Below, piece after piece: positions 26,961 through 39,254 of a stretch of DNA of 64,000 bases. The notes beneath the pieces are model-generated. The model worked only from the letters and a program-made list of their open reading frames with translations. It was not told where the DNA came from and searched no databases. Made by a program: the position numbers and the translations under genes. This DNA comes from Octopus sinensis (lineage: Eukaryota): NCBI RefSeq assembly GCF_006345805.1, contig NC_042998.1:206088001-206152000 (forward strand). Reading direction: 5' to 3'. The stretch's first letter is position 1, and each line of letters begins with the position of its first letter.

Positions 26961-28019
26961 ATAAGCAAGTGCAGAGGGGTGGTCAATGATGAGAGTTGGC
27001 AGGAAGAAAAGAGAGAGCAGATGATGATCATAAAGATAAGTTAGGGTTGTAGGTGGATGTAGTGAATGGTGAGCAAGGATAGAAGGGTGACTGAGGATAT
27101 ATAAGCATTGGAAGGGAGAAAAGGTGATGGCTAGTAGTACTGAAAGAAGTGAAGAGCAGCAGAATAGTAATAATGATGCGGTAGATAGGAGAAAGATGAC
27201 GGAAAGGGAAATGATGCATGAGAGGTCAGTTGTAAAAGTGTGTGAAGAGAATGAGGGATGTATGACAATAGGGGCAAGTCAACAGGACATAGTTCAAGGG
27301 ACTGGGAAAAATAATATGGTAGCATAGATGGGTCATGTGCTGGGTAGTGAGAAAGCTAATTGGAATCACATACTTAGTAGTGTATTCTAGTTCCGAAATG
27401 ATATACAATTGCTTTACCAGCAAATATATGTACCAGTTGCCAGGAATGTGTTTAATATGTAAATTGGTCTATCCAATTATGTTACACCACTAAACCTAGT
27501 GGGTATTTAAACCATGTGTTTGTGAATACTTGATAGGTTGGATGAGGTGCTGATGAGAAGGCAATAATCTTTGAAATATGCGTATATACCCATTACCTAT
27601 TTTTCTCTCTTCAATAATATTTTTTCTCTTGAAGTATTTGTTTATGAAATGTCATAATTTACAATGCTGGCTCCGAATTCTATCGAAAACTATAGATAAC
27701 ATTAAAATGAAACTGGAATCACAGGACAAAATGATGAAATATGTAGTTCTGTTCTTATTTAATTACTGCAGCAGAATACTTCATTAGGCAAGTGATGTAG
27801 GTATCAGTGAAGAGAGATGGGGGATTAGTGGAAACTGTTTCATAGCAAATTGAACAATCGGCCTAGTTGTGTAGAACCTCAGTTTAGCCAAAATGAATTG
27901 GGACTTTTTAAGCACTGCGTATTGTTAGTAATCCCAGCTCTTTGTCATTTCCTCTGTGAGATTCAAAGTCCCTAGGTCAGCCATCACTACTCCATCCATT
28001 GTCTTTTTAAATCTCCCTC

Positions 28020-28920
28020 TTCTTTAAGCCACATTCATCTTAAGTGATCAGCACACTTTTTTATACAGTTGTTCTCACCCATATACATTGTATACCCATA
28101 CCAGTGCAGCTTTCTCCCTTACACACTGCATCTAATTCAAATAGAAACTTGTTACCCATTCAGATATGTTTGAGACATATTTTATCCTGTAAGAAGGTCA
28201 TTCACAGCATTTTGTCATGGAGAAATATTTTTGCTGTTGACAAATAGGTGTAAACACACCATAGTCAGTTTGAAGTACCTGCTATCCAGGTTGATGGATG
28301 CATGCATTTTGATGTAGTCATCTTATCATCAGCATCGAATACTTCAGAAGAGAGACAACTCTGAACTGACTCTAAGTCTCTCTTAGAATCCAATCCAAAT
28401 ACTTTGACTGGTGCTACTGACTGGTTGGTGGCCGTAGTAAAGTACAGATTAGAATTGGTAAGCAATGACTGATATAAAAATAAACTTGTTGCCACCATTT
28501 CACAGAGTAAGGGATCGTTTCAAAGGCTTTCTCCAGATTGATGATGGTTTAGTACAATGGCTTACTTTTTGCTAAATATTTCTATTACAAGAAAGAGACC
28601 ATCAGTAGTAGTTCTCCCTGGCCCCAAACCAAACTATATCTCATCTAACCTAATTCTCTTCTTAACTGGGCTATAACTTTTTCCATAACTTGCATGATCT
28701 GGTCTAGCAATCTGATATCTCTGTAATCCTATCTAGGGTATCTCCTTTACCCTTGTAACAGTTGACTGTAAGGCTGCTATGCCAATCATTGGGTTTCAGA
28801 TCTCCCTGTACAACTTGATAAATTATATGGGTAACTAGGCTATATCCTACTTCACTAGAGATTTTAAGCATCTCAAAGGTAATTCCCAATGGATGAGGAG
28901 CTTTCCCTGACTTCACATCC
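28020..28920 (-). pseudogene. RTE LINE RT remnant with internal deletions
   Basis: KSGKAPHPLGITFEMLK...NDWHSSLTVNCYKGKGDTLDR matches 48531-49241 and 58345-58818. Confidence 0.7.
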
Positions 28921-28952
28921 TTAATATATGTATTTGTGTTTATATAAATATG

Positions 28953-28988
<36 letters not shown>

Positions 28989-28994
28989 ATCGTC

Positions 28995-29036
<42 letters not shown>

Positions 29037-29039
29037 ATA

Positions 29040-29900
29040 ATATTAGGGAGTAAATCCAAACTTACAGGGAAAAATTAGATTTAGGATTAAATCTAATTTT
29101 ACAGTATAAATATAAATTAAATTAGAGATAAAACCACTATTAGGCAAATCAAACAGTGAAAAACATAAACCAAAACATAGAAATAAAATTAATTAATATA
29201 ACATACAAAATATATAAAATATAAAATTCAAAATTTAAATTATTTAAATTTAAAGTTAAAAATTTTAAATTAATTTATATTTATAAATTTTTATATATAT
29301 ATATATATTTTTATTTTTATTTATATTTATATTTTTTATTTATTTATTTATTTTTTTATTTTTAAAAATATATATAACTATCAAAAAGTATTAAAAAGTT
29401 TAATATAAGATAAAAAGTAAAACCACTACGATCGTTTCATGCCCATAATCTAATTTGAATAACAATAATTTAAATTCAATTAATAATTCGAATTATGGTT
29501 ATAGTCAATCTTCAGATTAATGATAATAGTTAAATAAATAATCAAATATATTTAAACAATATTTTTTAATAAATAAATAAAATAATAATTTTTCTTATAA
29601 AAAACTCTATTATCAAACTAGAAACTTTAACGATTATGATTATGTCATACAATTGATTATAATGTTAGATATTAATTTTTAAGGTAAGAATAGATAGAAA
29701 ATAAAAATCTATATATATATTTATAAATATAAATTAATAATTTAAAATTTTTAACTTTAAATTTAAATAATTAAAATTTTGAATTTTATATTTTATATAT
29801 TTTGTATATTATATTAATTAATTTTATTTCTATGTTTTGGTTTATGTTTTTCACTGTTTGATTTGCCTAATAGTGGTTTTATCTCTAATTTAATTTATAT
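29040..29900. mobile_element. AT-rich element with ~180-bp inverted repeats and a central minus-strand hammerhead-like motif (Penelope-like non-autonomous element?)
   Basis: Arms 29110-29289 and 29719-29900 are reverse complements; minus strand reads CTGAAGA...GAAACGATCGTA across 29515-29427. Confidence 0.55.
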
Positions 29901-29904
29901 ATAG

Positions 29905-30237
29905 AGACCCCCTTCGGTCAGACAGTGACCATGGGTTTGCACCTAGAGAGTTACTCTCTGAGGCACAAGTCTGGGCAAGGTTGTTTCATGGAAGACCAGC
30001 AGTCGCCCATGCATACCGGCCTCCCCTCTCCACGTCACCGATGTTGTCCAAGGGAAAGGCAAAGGGACCGATGCAGCTTGGCACCTGTGACGTCGCAACT
30101 CATTTCTACAGCTGAGTGAACTGGAGCAACGTGAAATAAAGTGTCTTGCTCAAGAACACAACACGCAGCCCGGTCCGGGATTCGAGCTCACAACCTCACG
30201 ATCGTAAGCTCGACGCTCTAACCACTGAGCCACGCGC
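29905..30237 (-). mobile_element. tRNA-derived SINE (family 3), near full length and young
   Basis: A box TGGCTCAGTGG, B-box-like GCTCGAATCC, central GTGTTCTTGAGCAAGACACTTTATTTCACGTTGCTCCAG; flanked by (TA)n. Confidence 0.88.
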
Positions 30238-30370
30238 ATATATATATATATATATATAAACGATGATGATGATATGTCTATACAGGTGTGTATACATGTA
30301 TGACCGCATGTGTACTGTTGGCGATTTTTTTTCCTTCGTATTCCCTTCTCTGGAGCTTTCCTTTTCATAT

Positions 30371-30405
30371 GTTTCTGACGAAGAGCTCCGCTCGAAACGT
30401 AAAAC
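30371..30405 (+). ncRNA. Minimal type-I hammerhead ribozyme motif
   Basis: GTTT-CTGACGA-A-GAGC-TCC-GCTC-GAAA-C-GTA-AAAC: helix I GTTT/AAAC, core CUGANGA and GAAA, helix II GAGC/GCTC, palindromic ACGU helix III, GUA cleavage triplet. Confidence 0.8.
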
Positions 30406-30537
30406 CCTCCTTCTTGCCATCCTTCCTGAGCGTCCAATAATACTATATTTGTTCCACGTCCTCGCGTTGTTGTGTTTTCTCTTGGTGTTTTCATGTTTGG
30501 ATTAACTATATATATGTGTGTATCAATACAAATATGT

Positions 30538-30930
30538 TGTGATCATCATTAATGTCTGTTTTCCACGCTAGCATGGTTAGGACAGTTCAGCAGGAGTTGG
30601 TGAAGCAAAGGACTACGTCAAAATCCTGTCCGTTTTGGCATGATCTCTATGGCTAGATGCTCTTCCTAACACTAACCACTTTACAGAGTGTACTAGTTGG
30701 CTTTTATGTGGTACCAGTGAGGTCACCAGGTAATGTTACAGGAAGGTAAAGTGGTTGAGAGGATTGGGCAGGGTGAGTGAGTATGGTAAAAGTGGCATTC
30801 AATGGAAAATAAGGGGGTAAAGAATGATACTGAGAACAGTGTCCTTTGCTTAGATGGACATGTCTTCTCTAGCACAGCAAATTGTTAATTATCTTGATCT
30901 TTTATCATCTCTACCTCAAGTTTCAACATC
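30538..30930 (-). mobile_element. RTE-tail element, degenerate
   Basis: CATCATTAATGTCTGTTTTCCACGCTAGCATGG tail, CTAGATGCTCTTCCTAACACTAACC motif. Confidence 0.65.
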
Positions 30931-30934
30931 CAGA

Positions 30935-32110
30935 GGTCATCATCATCATCATTTAGTGTCCGTTGTAGTCCACGCTGGCATAGGCTGGATGCTTTGATCT
31001 GAACTGGGAAGCTGCACCAGACTCCAGTTTGATTTGGCATGGTTTCTATGACTGGATGCCCTTCCTAGCACGAACCATTTTACAGAGTGTGTTGAGTGCT
31101 TTAACATGGCACTGCTCAGGCACTTTTATGTGGCACTGCACGAGTGCTTTTACGTGACACCATCCCAAGTCTTCTTTGGTCTTCCTCTTCCACACGTTCC
31201 ATCCACATTAAGAGATGAGCACATTTTCATGTTGCTGTCCTCATCCATACACATCACCTGATCAAACCAGCACAGTTTTCTCTCTTGCATACAACATCTG
31301 ATGCCTCCTATGTACAATTTTTCTCTCAACACATTTACACATTGTTGTACACATGCACAATAACATTGCACATCCAGTGGAACATGCTGGCTTCATTTCT
31401 TTGTAACCTCTAAATGTTCTTCGCATTCATGGAGCATGTTTCACTACCATGTAGCTAAGCAGTTCATGCACAAACATTGTACAATCTGCCTTTCACTCTG
31501 AAAGGCCCTTTCTTACCAACATGAACTGTTATCATCCTCTTCTTATTCTACTTACTATGCTTTCAGAGTATCCCTCTCCACTGCTATTTTGGTTACCTAA
31601 GTAACAGAAATGATCTACTACCTCTAAGGATCCCCCTTAGTATTTGGGGAAATTTACTTCCTGTACGTTTTTAGTGTTTATTGTTCTTGTACATCTGCCA
31701 CACACATAAACTACTTTCTCTGTTAAACTCTGTTAATTTCTATCTAAATTCACCAATGCTGTACTCATTGCCAACTCTCACCTTACTGATAATATTCCTG
31801 TACATTGCCTATATGGCTCTCATAAGCCGTTTGTCTACCCTCAGCTTCCCCAGGGACCACCATATCACTAAGTAATGACACTTTCAAAGGCTTTCTCCAA
31901 ACTGACAAATACTAAGTGCAATGGCTTATTTTTAGTTAAATATTTCTTCTACAGTTGTCATTTTCAAGAGAGGCCATCAGCAGCATTTCTCCCTGGCATA
32001 AAACCAAATTGCATCTCGTGGAATCCAATTCTCTTCCTGATTAATTAGACAATAATTCTTTCTGTAACTTTCATGATCTATTCTCTAATTACTTCTCTCT
32101 GAAGTAAATC
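30935..32110 (-). pseudogene. RTE LINE 3' fragment (tail, ORF C-terminus and RT remnants)
   Basis: LREKLYIGGIRCCMQERKLCWFDQVMCMDEDS...GRGRPKKTWD (ORF 31150-31371); RT QFGF/VDFEK region near 31870-32050. Confidence 0.75.
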
Positions 32111-32129
32111 CTTAACCTTTGTAACATCA

Positions 32130-32830
32130 CCATTGTCATCATCATCATCATCATCATTTAACGTCTGTTTTCCATGCTGGCATGGGTTAGAAGGTTTGAC
32201 TAGAGATGGTATGCTGGAGAGCTGCACCAGGCTGCAGTCTATTTTGACTTGATTTCTATGGCCGGTTGCCCTTCTTAATGGGTGTAGAGGGTGTCTTCTA
32301 TGTTTCCCTGTTATGGGTACCTTTTATGTGTCACTGGCACTGGCAGTAACTATGATTTCACTTAGCTTGATGTATCCTCTCAAGCACAGCAATTTGCCAG
32401 AAGTTCTGGTGACTTATCATTGCCTCCATGGGACTCAACATCTGAAGATCACATTTCACCACTTTGTCCCACGTCTTCTTGGGTCTATTTCTTCCATAGA
32501 TTCCTTCAACAATTAGAGATTGGCACTTCTTTACACAACTGTCCTCGTCCATGTGCATCACATGACCATACCAACACAGTCTTCTCTCTTGCACACTACA
32601 TTTGATGCCACTTATACCCAATTTTTTATCTTCAGACACATACACTGTCATATGTGCACACTGACATTGCACAAACAGCGGAGTATACTAGCTTCATTTC
32701 TTTCAAGTATTCACATGTTCTCTGCAGTCACAAGCCATTTTTCACTGCTATGCAACATAGCTGTTTATACACAGGCATCATACAATCTACATTTCACTCT
32801 GAGGGAGAACTTTTACATTTGGGGAGCTTC
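32130..32830 (-). pseudogene. RTE LINE 3' fragment
   Basis: (CAT)n tail at 32130-32158; KKLGISGIKCSVQERRLCWYGHVMHMDEDSCVKKC...RPKKTWDKVVKCDL. Confidence 0.8.
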
Positions 32831-33900
32831 TGAGAGCTTCTACATTTCCTCTTCATACACTATGATTATCTCACACTCCCCAATCCAGTTCTTGCTACCC
32901 TGCTTGCTGTATCATTGTTTCCCCTTTACATACCCAGATTCTCACCAGTCACAGCATTCCAAGCCCCCACTTCCCAACCCAGTCCTCACTGCATCACTGC
33001 GCCTTCCTGTCCCCTCATCCTCTACTCTGATTCTCTCCAGTCATTGCATTCCTCGACTCCCAACTCCTTGGCGATACCCTGTCAACACCTACCACCATTC
33101 ATCTCTCTCTTTCTTACTCTACCATCCCATCTATGCCCTGATCCCTGTTCCTTGCAAGTATACCCTGGCACTTGCCACTGTCCCTCTCCTACTCTCTCTC
33201 TCTCTCTTCCTTGCTCTCCCCTCTGGCTAAGTAATCATGTATCTCCTCTACAGCAACAAACCTATTTCTGCCCTCATTCTTGATCACTCTCTCCCTTTCC
33301 TTCTCTTGCCCTTACCTCTGACTAGGTAATCATATATATCTCCTTTACAGCAACACACCTCTTCTTAATTCCCACTCCCTCTCTAGTTAGTTGTTTCTGC
33401 CCTCATTCTTGTTAACTCTCGCTCTCTTTCTCTTGCTCTATCTCTCTCTCCTTCTCTCTGGCTGGGTAACTATGAACCTCCTCTATAGCAAGATATCTGT
33501 TTCTGCTTCTCTGTCACACTCTAATCTTGCATCATCTGACACAAGATCACCTCTTCCAACGTGCCCTCTCTTCTCAAAGACTTTATTTTGCAAAGTCACT
33601 TGGTGACATTGTCAGTGAGGGTGTCACTTAAAAAGCACCCAGTCCACACTGTAAAGTGGTTGATATTTGGAAGGGCGTCCAGCTGTAAAAACCACGCCAA
33701 AGCTGACCTTGCCTGTGCAAGTGCCATGTAAAAAGCACTCAGCTCACTCTACAGAGTGGTTGGTGCTAGGAAGGGCATCCAGCTGTAAAAGCATTGCTAA
33801 AACACTTAGAAGCATGGTGCAGGTTCCTGGCTAGCCAGCTCCTGTCAAACCATCCAATCCTTGCCAACATGGAAGGAGGATGTTAAATGATGATGATGAC
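32830..33900 (+). mobile_element. RTE-tail element with ~0.8 kb pyrimidine-rich non-coding body
   Basis: Ends ...CATGGAAGGAGGATGTTAAATGATGATGATG; body homologous to the reverse complement of 18240-18830. Confidence 0.75.
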
Positions 33901-33909
33901 ACTTTGGCT

Positions 33910-34200
33910 ACCTCAATATCTCAATCACCTTTCTAACCACTTCTCTGCTAAAAGTATGTCTACACCTTCCACACCATTACTATTGCCTACCCAGAAAAAT
34001 TTATATCTTTGTTCCTTGTCTCTTAGAAGTCTGACTGAGTCTCCTCTCCATTTTCTCTTGTGTACATAGCACATATCTACATGCCTCCATTCTAGCATTT
34101 CAACAATTTCACCAGACTTACCTTTGATTGTAGTTGTTCTCAGGTTGTGGACTGGAGGGTAACAATGAATGGGTAGCATCTGAAAAGAAGATTTTGTGCC
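33910..34200 (-). pseudogene. APE-type endonuclease remnant of an RTE LINE
   Basis: TTIKGKSGEIVEMLEWRHVDMCYV...WRGDSVRLL...YKFFWVGNSNGVEGVDILLAEKW. Confidence 0.7.
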
Positions 34201-34569
34201 AGCGTTTGCTTGAAGGCAGAGGACTTTTACCCATGTCCAAATTAGTAGACAAGTATTACTGCTCAATGAATTATCATATCCCCTAGATCCTGAAATTCTC
34301 AAAGGAAAATGTGTGTGTGTGTGTGTGCATACATAAATACATACATACATGCATGCATGCATGCATACATAAATGCATGCATGCATACATACATACATAC
34401 ATACATGCATGCATGCATACAATCATATGTGTATGTGGATAATTGTGGGTGACCAATTTGGGTCAGCCACAAATAAAACACATTTGATGCAAAATGTTCT
34501 TGATACTAATATGATATTGGTATCTCTTCTTATTAACAGAATATTTAAAAGAACAAGTGTAGAAACAAA

Positions 34570-34668
34570 GCCAAATCAGACTGGAACCTGGTGCAGCTCC
34601 AGTCAAACCCTTTAACCCTTTGCTAGCATGGAAATTGGATGCTAAATAATAATGATGATGATGATGCT
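34570..34668 (+). mobile_element. Short RTE tail fragment
   Basis: CCAGTCAAACC...GCTAGCATGGAAATTGGATGCTAAATAATAATGATGATG. Confidence 0.6.
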
Positions 34669-34999
34669 GTGACAGTTATTTATAGTCTCCATCTGTTGAA
34701 TTATATGGATGGGCATGTTAGGAGATTTATAACTCAGAGACAACACAACCTACTGTCAATAGGTTCGATGTGTGTTGAAAAATCTTCCATATCTTACAAG
34801 ATCTGATGAGAATGACTGAGGGCTAATTGTTTCATTGATTCACTGACAAATTATGCACACAGACCAATGTATAATGTGGAAACAGTTTTTCTAGTCATCT
34901 GAACAATTGTAACATTGAATAAAGTTATGTAACAACCTTCGTTTATGTCTGCTTGCACACTCACACCACCACCATCATTCAGTCAATCAGGTATCATCT

Positions 35000-35430
35000 C
35001 TGTGTAGCAGGGGTTGGCTTGCCATGAGTCACTAGTTCCCTCTGTGTTGTGCTACATGAATACAATCGGCCAGGCTCTTGTTTCCAGTCCATTCCTTGAT
35101 GGCTTTTTGTTCTCTTCAACACTTCCTTGGCAATGACTTCTGTTTTGTATATTCATTGTGGACTTGATTTTCAATAGCAGCTGTCTTTGGACTTCCAGCT
35201 TTTCTAGCACTGCAGCATTCGTTATCCTGTCTTCTCAGCTTATCTGGGAAAGGTTTCTATCCTTTCCTTCCACATATTCATACATTGTTCGTGTTTCTGC
35301 TCTGTAGAGGACAATTTGCACAATATAACAGTTTATTAGCTTCACCTTTAGATGTAGTGTTATTCCTTTTCAGGTGAACATTTTATTTTGTTCATCCTTA
35401 TAAATGTTGCTTTAGCATTTATTCTTTGAG
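35000..35430 (-). pseudogene. Old RTE-like ORF C-terminal remnant
   Basis: Degenerate similarity to LLYRAETW and RKRGR...W motifs on the minus strand. Confidence 0.4.
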
Positions 35431-36007
35431 TAACTTCTTCACAGCATCCTTCCTTATTTATTACTTGCCTGTAGTTTGTCTGTGTTTATGTGCATTTGAT
35501 TATGATTTTAGCAAGAAATATAAGAACTATTTTTATACAAGATATAAAAAATGTGCAAGTTATATGAAATGCACACATGGAGGCTCTAGTAGTCACTAAT
35601 AGGTGTGGGTAGTCTGTGGTTTGTTGTTTAAATTTCAGCTAGTTGGCTGAATAAAGTTTTCTTCAGAAAAACTGCTCACAATACAATTTGTTAGTTCAGC
35701 ATGCCTTTTTGGTATGGTCTACTATCACTTATTTGCATGGGTAGTCTGTTTTTGGTTTGTTGTTCAAATTTCAAATCACTATGCAAACGGGATCCTAGTC
35801 ACTTATATATGTGTGTAGTCTGCTCATAGTTCTTTGATCAAATTTCAGTTATTATGTTATTAAGTTGTTATGCAAGTTAAGGATTCTTCTGAAAAACCAT
35901 TCATTATTCAGTTTGTTCATTTAGAGAACCATTTGTATATGGATATCTCACTGTTTATGTATGCATGTGTGTGTGTATGCTTATACCTGTACACACACAC
36001 ACACACA

Positions 36008-36054
<47 letters not shown>

Positions 36055-36056
<2 letters not shown>

Positions 36057-36190
36057 TAGGAAGGGCATCCAGCCATAAATCATGCTTCAATCAACAGACA
36101 GCTGGAGTGTGGACAGCTCACAGCTAGTCTGCTTCATGTCAAACCAGCCAACCCATGTCACCATGGAAAGCAGACATTAAACAATGATGC
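36055..36190 (+). mobile_element. RTE tail fragment between (TA)n tracts
   Basis: GGCATTAGGAAGGGCATCCAGC...ACCCATG...ATGGAAAGCAGACATTAAACAATGATG. Confidence 0.7.
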
Positions 36191-36236
<46 letters not shown>

Positions 36237-37960
36237 TCATGACCATAGTTGAGGAGAGGCAAGAAAGCCGAACTGAAGGAAAGATAGTGAGTTTGGTTTG
36301 TTTCAATTAACCCCTTCTCTTCTGATGATCGCATGTTGGAGCTGGTGCATTACTTTGCCAGCACCTGCAATTCAGCCTCTTGCTTCCCCATTCATCATCA
36401 TCATCATCATCGTTTAGCGTCCGCTTTCCATGCTAGCATGGGTTGGACGGGTCAACTGGGGTCTGTGAAGCTGGAAGGCTTCGTCAGGCCCAGTCAGATC
36501 TGGCAGTGTTTCTACGGCTGGATGCCCTTCCTAACGCCAACCACTCCACGTCCAAAAGATACTTAAACTTCTCCACTTGTGTTGGTGATGTTCCACTAAA
36601 ATGCAGAATACACTGAGAAGACTTTCTTGAGAGTCACCAGTGTCACGGTCTTCACAGTGCTAATTCTCATCCCTACCTTGTAGTACTCAGCAGTGAACCC
36701 ATTCAGTGCATGCTGAAGGTCACATTCTGATGAGCCAAATAACACTATGTCTTTAAATACCAGCTGACAGATCCTTAACCCACTGATTGTGATACCACTA
36801 TTGCAGTGGCTGTGCATGTTAATCTCATTTATAAAAATACACACCCCTACCTATGTAAAAAGGTAACAACTTAGCACCACTTACCATACACAAATATCAG
36901 GGCATTTATATAAGAACTTCATGGCAACTAGATGCAAAATAATCCCAAATTCTCCTCAGCATAACTGCCACACGTGGTCATATGCTTTTCTGAGGTCTAC
37001 AAAGAAAGCATATACATCTTGGCAAAATTCCCATGATTTCTCAAAGATCTGCCATAGTGTGACTATCTGGCCAGTTTTGCTGCATCCAAGAAAGAAGCCA
37101 CATATTTCTTCAGTGAGTTCAGGCTAGACAACTTTCTTACATATCTTTTTTCTCAGACACCTAGCTTAGACTTCATTGGGAAGGCTCAACAATGCGATTC
37201 CTGTATAATTAGAGCATTCTCTCTTTCTCTTGTCTCCCTTTTTTTAAAAATTGGTCTCATCACCTGAGATTGCCATTGTTTTGGTGTCTTTCCAGAGATC
37301 TTAGCCACTGGGCAAATACTAGTTAGCCAGTGTATTTGTGATAAGGAAATACACAAATATAGGGGATAATGTAGTCTTTTCTATTCAAGACTTTTAATGT
37401 TTAGGGTTGCATGTCATCCTCTCCAGCAGCCTTGCTACATTTAAGCACTTCAGTTCCCTTTATGACTTCAGCCTCTTTGAGGGAAGTCTTCACTCTTAGA
37501 TGTACCTTGTGCCTACCAGAAGACTTAATTGTGACAGGATTTAGATCATCTCAAAGATGCTCTTCTCTGTAGAGAGAAGAACTCCAGATGAGTTCTTAAT
37601 GCTATGTGTGGAAGAGGGCTTCTTGTTACAAAGTCAGTAGATGGGCAGCCAGAATCTGTTATTGGCTGATCTAAAGCTTGAGTCTAGTTTAACCCCCCCC
37701 CCCCCAAGCCCTCCCATGACTTAGCCTTGGATATTTTTACTCTCTCTGCTGCAACTTTTTGCACCGCAGTGTACTACCTGTGCCAAAGGACGTGTTGTAC
37801 AGAGATCACGGAATCTTTTGAAGCTGAGGTTCTACCTCTCTGCATTGAGATGTCACAGTTATGGTACTACGGACATGTGATTAGAATGTCATAAGAATCA
37901 ATCACAAGGTGGATTCTTTAAGTGCCAACCAGCATGAAACCTAGAACGAGATGGCTAAAT
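36237..37960. pseudogene. RTE-X-like LINE with inverted 5' portion (minus 36237-37725, plus ~37760-37960)
   Basis: Minus: FRSANNRFW, CSNYTGIALLSLP, FFVDLRKAYD, SSECDLQHALNGF..MRISTVKT, QVEKFKYL, RIAGAGKVM, LPLLNYGHE. Plus: TEITESFEAEVLPLCIEMSQLWYYGHVIRM. Confidence 0.7.
36395..36550 (-). mobile_element. RTE tail fragment nested in the RTE-X-like copy
   Basis: CATCATCATCGTTTAGCGTCCGCTTTCCATGCTAGCATGGGTTGGACGG; host RT motifs resume on both sides. Confidence 0.85.
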
Positions 37961-39254
37961 AATTTCCATAGTCTCGGTTGTACTTGAGAATCTAACTGGA
38001 AGATCTAATGATAGTTGCTTCTGATAGGACCCCATGGAGATGATGCCATGACCTAGTGGGTACAGGTGGATGGAAATTTCACTTCCAATGTACTGGTTGA
38101 CTTGTCTCTGTTGTTGAAGGGATGCAGCAGTGTTGTGTTTCACCTGGAGCAAACCCCTTAATTAAACAGCCACTTATTTTTGGGTTGGAAACACTGTTAC
38201 AGTTTGTAATGGAACTGTAACAGTTGTTGTTCTAATCTGAAACCAACAAACATGCCTTGCCATTGCCATTCTGTCTTTATTTCAAGAAGTGTATCTATGA
38301 CCACATTATCTGATGTGTTCTTCCTTTTGTTAAAACAGTCGGATAGGATTTAGGAAGGATTTGGTTTCTTTTCCAGATGCATACAGTCTTCTATGTGCTG
38401 CAAAATAGTAAGGAACTGTGTGACATTTCCTTGGTAATTTCTAGTCACTTGATTGTGCTCAGCTAAAAATCTATAATTTATCCAGTATAGTTTTTTAATC
38501 TATTGAATTATACTGTAAAAAAGGAAAACAAAAAAAAATAATCATTTAATGCAAAGGATAGAAATTATATTTCAAGATCATATTTTTTATTAACAGCATT
38601 TTTTTACAAAAAAATTTATTTTGTCAAGTTTGAAATTTAAAATGAATAAAATTTTGATATCTTCAAAGACTAATATTGTTAGGAGAAATATATTGAATTA
38701 TGAAAAAAAAATGATAATAGAATTTAAATCTGTTGTTTTATTTGAATTTTATTTGTGTTTGAATTATAATTTCATACCATGCTCACTCCCTGATTTTGGT
38801 TTCTGAAAATATCTCCATTTGTAAAGATTAATTTGAAATTTCAAGTCAAGAAAACCGGTGATGGTGATATGGGGGAGAGATTTAAATTGAAATTTAATTT
38901 GTCACTCTTGCATTTTTGACAGTAGCTTTCATGTCATATCAGCTGCTTTTTCATTCTGACATGGGGCTGAACAGATACAGAGCACATCATCTTTCTTTGT
39001 CTTCATCTTGACACATTTTAACATCAGAATTATTCTATTGGTGTCAGGTTCTGTAATGATGGCTTATATTAATATTTTCCATCCAAATAGCATTGAGATG
39101 GTTTTTGTAAATTTGGACATCAGTATATATATAGTTCAAGCAGATGTCTTTGGAAAATAATTAAAATAACATTAGTCATTGTGTGACAATGGTCTTTAGG
39201 TTACTTCATAATTATTTCTAATTAGCTTTTTAATGCCTCCACTTGCATTAAATA

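Noticed and set aside
30165-30237. tRNA-like sequence on the minus strand
   Set aside because: Head of a SINE: continues into the SINE body and lacks a proper acceptor stem and terminator
32520-33230. 236-aa plus-strand ORF
   Set aside because: Chimera of antisense RTE coding sequence and a pyrimidine-rich repeat body
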